This document shows positions 57,301 to 64,000 of a stretch of DNA of 64,000 nt, in pieces. The stretch lies in NCBI GenBank assembly GCA_977020255.1, contig CDROCS010000877.1, positions 1 through 64,000 on the forward strand, in the 5' to 3' direction. Under the pieces are notes generated by a model. The model was not told the origin of the DNA and did not search any database. It was given only the letters and a program-made list of their open reading frames with translations. The DNA comes from Obrimoposthia wandeli. Its lineage: Eukaryota. The first letter of the stretch is position 1. Each line of letters begins with the position of its first letter. Made by a program: the position numbers and the translations under genes.

Positions 57301-58991
57301 ATAAAAATTACTTATGATTAATTATCAATTAAGTTATCAACAGTTGCCGAAAGTTTCAAGTTGAAATTCAAATTTAGAATTAGCTGAAGCACCAATTTAT
57401 GGGTATTGCCTTATTACGTAACTCAAAACCAGTCCAAATGTGTGCTGAGTGACATAACGGTAACCGTTTGTGTTTCTACTTTTGGTCTTTGGTTGTCAAT
57501 TCATTGTTACTGCGTTTGCGCTGCGTTTGTGCTGCATTTGTATTTATCGAACTCATACATGTTTACGTTTCTCATTTCTACTCCATGATAATAGAGTTTT
57601 ACACGCCTGAATCTTTAAGCTCAATTTTCTTGACATCTTCGCATTTTGATAGCGTCTAAGATTGGTCGATTTTCGACACGGAAACAATCTTTACTGCAAT
57701 AAAATATCATTTTCTGCAGCTTTCAAGTTGGTTTTAAATTATATTTTTTAATTGATTAAAGCTCGGTGTCCTTAGGGTAACATCCGATGTATATTTAATA
57801 CGATTAGAAATTACATTGTCAATAAACGGCGGATTTTATTAAAAGTTGGTGAATTTATTATAAAATTTTTATCTACATTTATCTACTAATCTATAAGTTT
57901 ATTTGTAATTCAAATTAATTTTTGACAATATGACAGGCAGGTAAGAAAGATCTGGAAAAATATCGAAGTAGTTAGTTCAAGATGGGACGCGAATCATCGA
58001 GAACAACCCACGATACCAACGTGCATCAGCATTGTTAAAAGCATGTTTGGACGTTGGTTCAGATGTCTAGGGGTGAAGAAAAGGACTTTGAAGGTGAAGA
58101 GGGTAATAACAGTAAACGTACCAATACTTGAAGACTTCAGTTGAAGCTGATCAACTGATTTGAAGGCCGTTACGAGTAATTGGAAAGTAAATTGAATTTG
58201 ACATGTGTATGCCACAAGAAAACAAATGGTATGGGTTTCTTTTGGGCAACAAATGATCCAATTCGGATCGTATTGGGATTTGTGATGAAAGGTAGACCCT
58301 ATAAGACATCTGGTAGTGATCAGTTCAATGATTGAACTGTAATGAATCTTCCAGACACGATGAAGGTTATGGCGACTGTTTGGTCGTCTGCAGTTGGCCT
58401 GGTCCATTGGTCAGAGATCGTGCAATGTGCCATAAATTACAGCACATGGGTCTGGCATTGGTCAACAGAAAATGCCAAACCAGTTTGCTCGACCACATAT
58501 CGCACAAGTCTTTCAACAGTAGTCTCATTCACTATTTCCATACACAAAATTAATTTAATGGTGCATATATGGCTCAGACTAAAACCCAAATCGGTTAAAT
58601 TATGAAAATAATTTCCACCTCTAGTCAAAATGTTTACCGGTTATTTCTTGAAACTTCGAACTAAGATTAATAGGAGAAATCATATGAAATATACTGTTAG
58701 TTTGGCTTTCCTTGAACATTTTCAAACGACAAGATGTCGGTATTTTGAAAGCTTTTAGTGTTTGGACAAACTGTCTATATCTAGCAGACCCTGCTCTCTT
58801 TTCCCACACGCCCTGGAAGTTTTTCTGATGACAAATTCATTACACTTCCGACATTTCGTTGGATTTTCTTTTATTTGTCAGATCAACGAAGCACAAAACC
58901 GTAAATCGATTATTCACTGCATATTCTCTAGTAGTTGTATAAATGCATTTGTCACTGCAAAGCGGCCATGGAATAACGGCTGCAATGTCAG

Positions 58992-59312
58992 GAACCGGGT
59001 TCTGACACCAAGACGGCATGGCACTCTGACGAGTCATACTGGCTAGATATGCCTGACAAGCGGGCGGTCTCCTTCTGGGTGGCCCTGGACCGCACCACAG
59101 TGTCCAATGGATGTATGTGGTTCGTGCCCGGCTCGCACCTGCAGCCGCTGAGGCCCCATCGCCTCTTCCAGCTGGGCAAGCATCTGCAATGCTGCGATGG
59201 AGATGAGTCCGAGGGCACACCAGTGACTCTGCAGCCGGGAGAACTCACCGGACACTCGGGACGCACGCTGCACTACAGGTCGGGGAATCTGGATTGCGTC
59301 TTTGAGTATTAG
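58992..59312 (+). pseudogene. Mirror copy of the PhyH fragment
   Basis: ORF 59049-59312 differs from 27794-28057 at one residue. Confidence 0.8.
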
Positions 59313-60564
59313 GCAATAATCCCTAATTAACTCTTTCGTTGTTTCTGAGTCTACACAATCAATGACAACACTGAAAAAGTGTTACATTTAGCAAACCAAG
59401 GGAACGGCTTAATAGGCGTAGCGGTAGAACCATAATGTATATTCGATGTTACATGTCAAGGCCCATTTCCGGAATAGACACCGGCCTAGTCGTCATGTGA
59501 CGTATTGGCTTTCGCGACATGGGAAAATAGTCAAAGTTATAATGTAATATGTTGGTTTGAGAAATTTTTTTTTAAATTTAATTAAATAACATCGTTTAAA
59601 ATTTAGATTTTATAATGTTGATAAATTTTATAATTAGTCAGTATTTAAACGATCTTGGCTGTATAATATTTAATGATAACCACTTACCGTTGATTCCAAT
59701 ATACATTTACACCCTACATCGCTACTAGATATATATTATCTGGCAAAGTATGTGCAATCTCCGAATCAAACATGTGAACGTTGTAACTACTCATAAAATA
59801 CACCCATGTGTATATTAAATGAATTTGAAAGTACTGTAGATTTATTGGTACTTGTCTTAATTAAGATGTAGGCCATAAGAGGGGAAACTAAGAAAATGAT
59901 TAGCTACAATTCTGATGTTTCAAATATAAACGACACCTTTATCTTAAGCCGAGTAAAGTAACTATTTTTCTATTACAATTAATTTTACAAAACATTAATT
60001 CGAAAAAACCTTTCGTTTTATCTGTCAAAAGATATTTGACTTAATCTGAAAAAATCGTTGTATCTAATTTAGTTTCAGTGATGCATCAAATCTGTTGAGT
60101 TATAAAATTCGACTTTGAAAGAGAGATTGGATGTTATTGTTCCAATTAACTAGAAATATGGATTTGAATAGGGTTTGCTTCGATGTCAGCAATAACAAAT
60201 GAAGAATAACTGGAAGACAGGTGATAAGAAGTTGGAGAAAGAGGAAGGCGGAAAAAGTATTATATTTCTGTCAAAAGTATTGAAATACTGCTACAATAAT
60301 TAATGGATTTTTAATTCTTATCAAATTATTCTTGTTTTTCAATCGACTTACAGATGCTTTCATTCAACTGAATCAGTACTTTGTATACTGAGATTATATG
60401 TGATATTATTAAAATGTGTATTGATGTCTTAAATCAATACGAAATTTTAACTTTGATTAACTCTGAAAAACCAGATGTTTGAAGGTTACTGAAAATAATT
60501 TTAAAAACAGAAACAAAAACAAACCATAATATGAAAACTTTATCAACTCAGAAGTAACCAAATT

Positions 60565-61522
60565 ATATGGTGTGTCTATAACGTTCCCGGACTGACCTAA
60601 TATAATCTAATTGAAAATATAAAATAAGAATAATACATATATTTAAGAAATATATCAACCACTTAACTCTATTTTTTTTCTTACAATCCGCTATAAATTT
60701 CTTTAATTGATTATCGTATTCATTTTCTTCAAGATACTTCATGACTTGGCGCGAATAATCTATCATTTCACGATTGCTTTTAAATGCATTTTTTTCTAAA
60801 TTTAGATTTTAAAATTTTAAATTAAATAAATTTGTATCTGAACTATATAGAGCCTGTTTTATTAGAAAACTTTTCTACTTTGTAAAAAGTGTGGAGTCTC
60901 TAAAGACGTGTGTGACCTTGCATTACCATGCTGCCACCACAATTGTGAGAGCTTGGTTTGGTTTATTTTACAACGGAACCTAGAGCATAATTTACGAAAT
61001 CTCAATTTTTTGATTAAAATTGATCTTGCTGAATCTTTGCTTTCACCAATTGCATAACTTGTCATTCGTTGACTAATTCTTGGATCTTCATCCAATGCAT
61101 TTTTCACTGCATCAATGTTAACTTAAGTGAGACTTGTAACTGGTCTTCCATTTCTTGAATTGTCAAATAAATTTTCATTTCCATTTTTAAATCTTCGATA
61201 CCATTCAAATACAGTTGTTCGTCTTAATTCGAATCAATTTCTTGTAGATTATTATGAATTTCTGTTGCAGATACGCCTCTTTTAAATTCCAAAAATATAT
61301 AAGATCGGTAATCCAGTTTACATAATTGCATTTCGCGACAATTGAAGATAATGTTTCTAGATAAACTTAAATATTGATTAAATATATTATTTAAAATACT
61401 TATTTTTATATATATATATTTACTAATAATATGAACCTTTATTCACAAAAGAAAATTTAAGTTTAAGTGTCTTGTGATTAAAGATATTAGATCAGTCCTG
61501 GAACTTTTTAGACACATCATAT
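60565..61522 (-). mobile_element. Mirror copy of the mariner element
   Basis: ORF 60862-61107 differs from 25977-26222 at 2 of 81 aa; same TIRs. Confidence 0.85.
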
Positions 61523-64000
61523 ATAATATCGTAGCCATTAAATTAGCTGAAATTTTAAAATATTTGTTTTACTTCAATTACTCAATTACTAGGACAAATA
61601 TAACCAACAGATTACATTTATAAGTAATTGGAAAAAATTAAAAATTGGATAAATTTTAATATTGTAACTATATTTAAATAGAAACACTTTAAAAATATTA
61701 TTCACAAAATTTTAACAATTTTACCAGTTATCCAACTATTTATAACTTTTCATGTAAACATTTTGATAAATTGTGTAACTATTTAAACTTTAGATTTAGC
61801 TCAAAATATTTTTATGCATAATTACTCACATTTTAAGTTATCATGTGATCATTTTTCCGAAAGTGAACCGACAATGTCATACGGGAAATTTCCCTTCTGC
61901 TAAAATACACGCGTAGTTTGATGTGTAGTATTTTTGCCGTGTCGAAATAGAAGTGAGCGTTGATGGAAGGGTTTTAGAAATAAAATAAGGCATTACATTA
62001 AAAAAGTACGATAACTATATCTGTAACGCCTTTTAAGAAGAGTGTTATCTGTCTATGTGCAACACCAAACTGTGTTACATTTTTGCGATCATCATGTATT
62101 TATCCAACACTGAGTGATTATAGTTTATATTAAAATTATTATGTAACATTGTTTTTATGTCACAATTTTCTCTATCAATGTATAACTATGCAAAAAATAT
62201 CTGAAATTAATTAACATAGTCAGATTAGTTTGTTTATCTTTCCTTCTTGATCACTGTATCTGTGATAAAATATAGAGAAAAACATTTCACAAGAAAATCA
62301 TATTTATAAAGAATGTTTTTGTTTAAATTTCATTAAATGTTCAATAGGAATTCTTTAGAACGTTTACAGATCTTTTAGTAACATTACATTGCCGTACTAT
62401 TTACAAGCATGTCGCATAATTCTACTGTAAGCATATTTAATGTTTTCATGTCCGTTGCCTGATTTCAATAAAAGGGATTTCTGACCCCCAATCATCCGTC
62501 AATCTTCTGAAAATTTTCAAAGACAAATTTTAAGTTTACAATTTTGTGATTTCTGTATTTGACAGGTTTCTTTGTTATTGAAACTTGCTCTCCATTTCAG
62601 TCGCGGGAATACAACTGACACACAACGGAGGGGGTTCGTGGTCAATTTTCGTCCGCAATTGATGGTCGAGTTTGAGCGTCAGCGAAACTTTGATCATTTC
62701 AAAACTGGCATCAAAAAGACTATTAACTGATTCCTGAACTAGCAATTCCTTCAACTTTGACTATGATCTAATTGACACTGGTGCGATGTGAAACTGCTTG
62801 CTCATGTGAAGCACCAAAATCCATTTATAATACAACTGCTACCAGGTAGCAAAACCCAACTGTGATCGTACATGGGAAAATACTGAGGTTCTTATTCTTT
62901 ATTCTCACCCTCAAAAACTTAATTTTTATTATGAAAGTGCAATCTTTTAACTTTTACGGTTATATTTTTACATAATTCGGCGATTGTCAAATGAATGTGT
63001 TCCATACTTATCGGATATAGTTCCTGCAGTCAATTAAAACATTGTCATCAAATTTGAAATCCCTTTTACAAAATTTAATAGATATAATTTCATAGCATCC
63101 GTCAAAAATAAATAAGAAGATTTTTCGAATTTACAATCTTATACCTTGAAGCCCCAGCATAACTCTGAAGCCCTCTTTTACCTACAGCTTTATATAATAC
63201 ATTTCCATCGAAACTGAACGCGAACCTTAATGTCGTGTCCATCATCTGGTAGCATAAATTTTTCTGTAAAAATTCTAATTATATTTTTATTTGCATCTCA
63301 ATTGTATAAATTCCGTATTTAATTAAAATCTATAATTATGAATGGAATAATAATGGAGTGAACATGAATAAGAATATATACTGATCTATGACACTGGCAA
63401 ACTATGAATTATTACTTTTGTCCTGTAAAAACAGACAAGAACAGACCCAATCAAAAATGTACTACACTCTACATTTGTCACTCAACCCGAGCTAGATCGC
63501 AGTAATAAACACTTATTCTGCAAATTGTATATATAAAATAATAATACACAACAATGAACCCTCAAATTCAGAATACAGATAAATCAAAGCTTTACTAGAG
63601 GTGTACCAAGTTTAAGTAAAAGATGGAATACGCAAGGTTCCAAAGCGACAATGTAGTGATAAAATAGGACAAAGAATTGATAACAGAATGATATCAAAAG
63701 TCAAAACAATTTATTTGATGGCAAACAACTAAAAGTAGTAGCATTTATTGAAAATCTATGAAAGCCATACACAAAATGAAAACTAAATGTTGTAACAAAA
63801 TAACATTAGTCACATAAAAATAAACACAATTGATAATATACAACTAATTGAGAAAACTAATTACAACTAATTAGTCACATACAAATAAACACAATTGATA
63901 ATAAACAACTAATTGAGAACTTAATCCAAATACGGCGTTTATTTTTATCTTTGCTCCTTTCGGCTTCTAAATACCTACAAAGGATTATTATTATGCAGTG

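Larger units (their letters stand above)
44448..64000 (-). repeat. Right arm of the giant inverted duplication (runs to the window edge)
   Basis: AACAACTGGAATAAC at 44448 mirrors 40466; ORF pairs such as 25977+/60862-, 30288+/56775-, 38743+/45848-. Confidence 0.95.

Overview
AT-rich eukaryotic (probably invertebrate) DNA made almost entirely of mobile elements, in two blocks. (1) 1-~20,700, minus strand: a giant Ty3/gypsy LTR retrotransposon (>20 kb; its 3' LTR lies left of the window). Its broken ORFs can be rejoined by single-base indels, single stops and one short deletion into what was probably one ~5,500-aa polyprotein. Inferred domain order: Gag(CCHC) - ubiquitin-like - AT-hook - Bcl-2-like - signal peptide + chuvirus-like class III fusion glycoprotein - protease 1 - BIR-BIR-RING (IAP-like) - protease 2 - RT - RNase H - integrase - three Ig/IPT-like repeats - active dual-specificity phosphatase - pseudo-phosphatase - two small membrane modules - two RING fingers. 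It has an elongator tRNA-Met PBS plus a second tRNA-pairing site in U5. The size and BIR/RING cargo recall the giant Burro elements of planarians, but the host cannot be confirmed from this sequence. (2) 23,084-64,000: a giant inverted duplication (arms 23,084-40,466 and 44,448-64,000+, spacer ~4.0 kb) centred inside a decayed Polinton/Maverick. The Polinton carries a spliced TBP-like gene, ATPase, integrase, penton, major capsid and adenain protease; no pPolB was found. The arms also carry mariner, piggyBac and gypsy remnants, a GC-rich PhyH dioxygenase fragment, and arm-specific insertions (a MITE, a solo LTR, a 1.5-kb segment). All domain calls come from motif reading by eye; no database searches were run.
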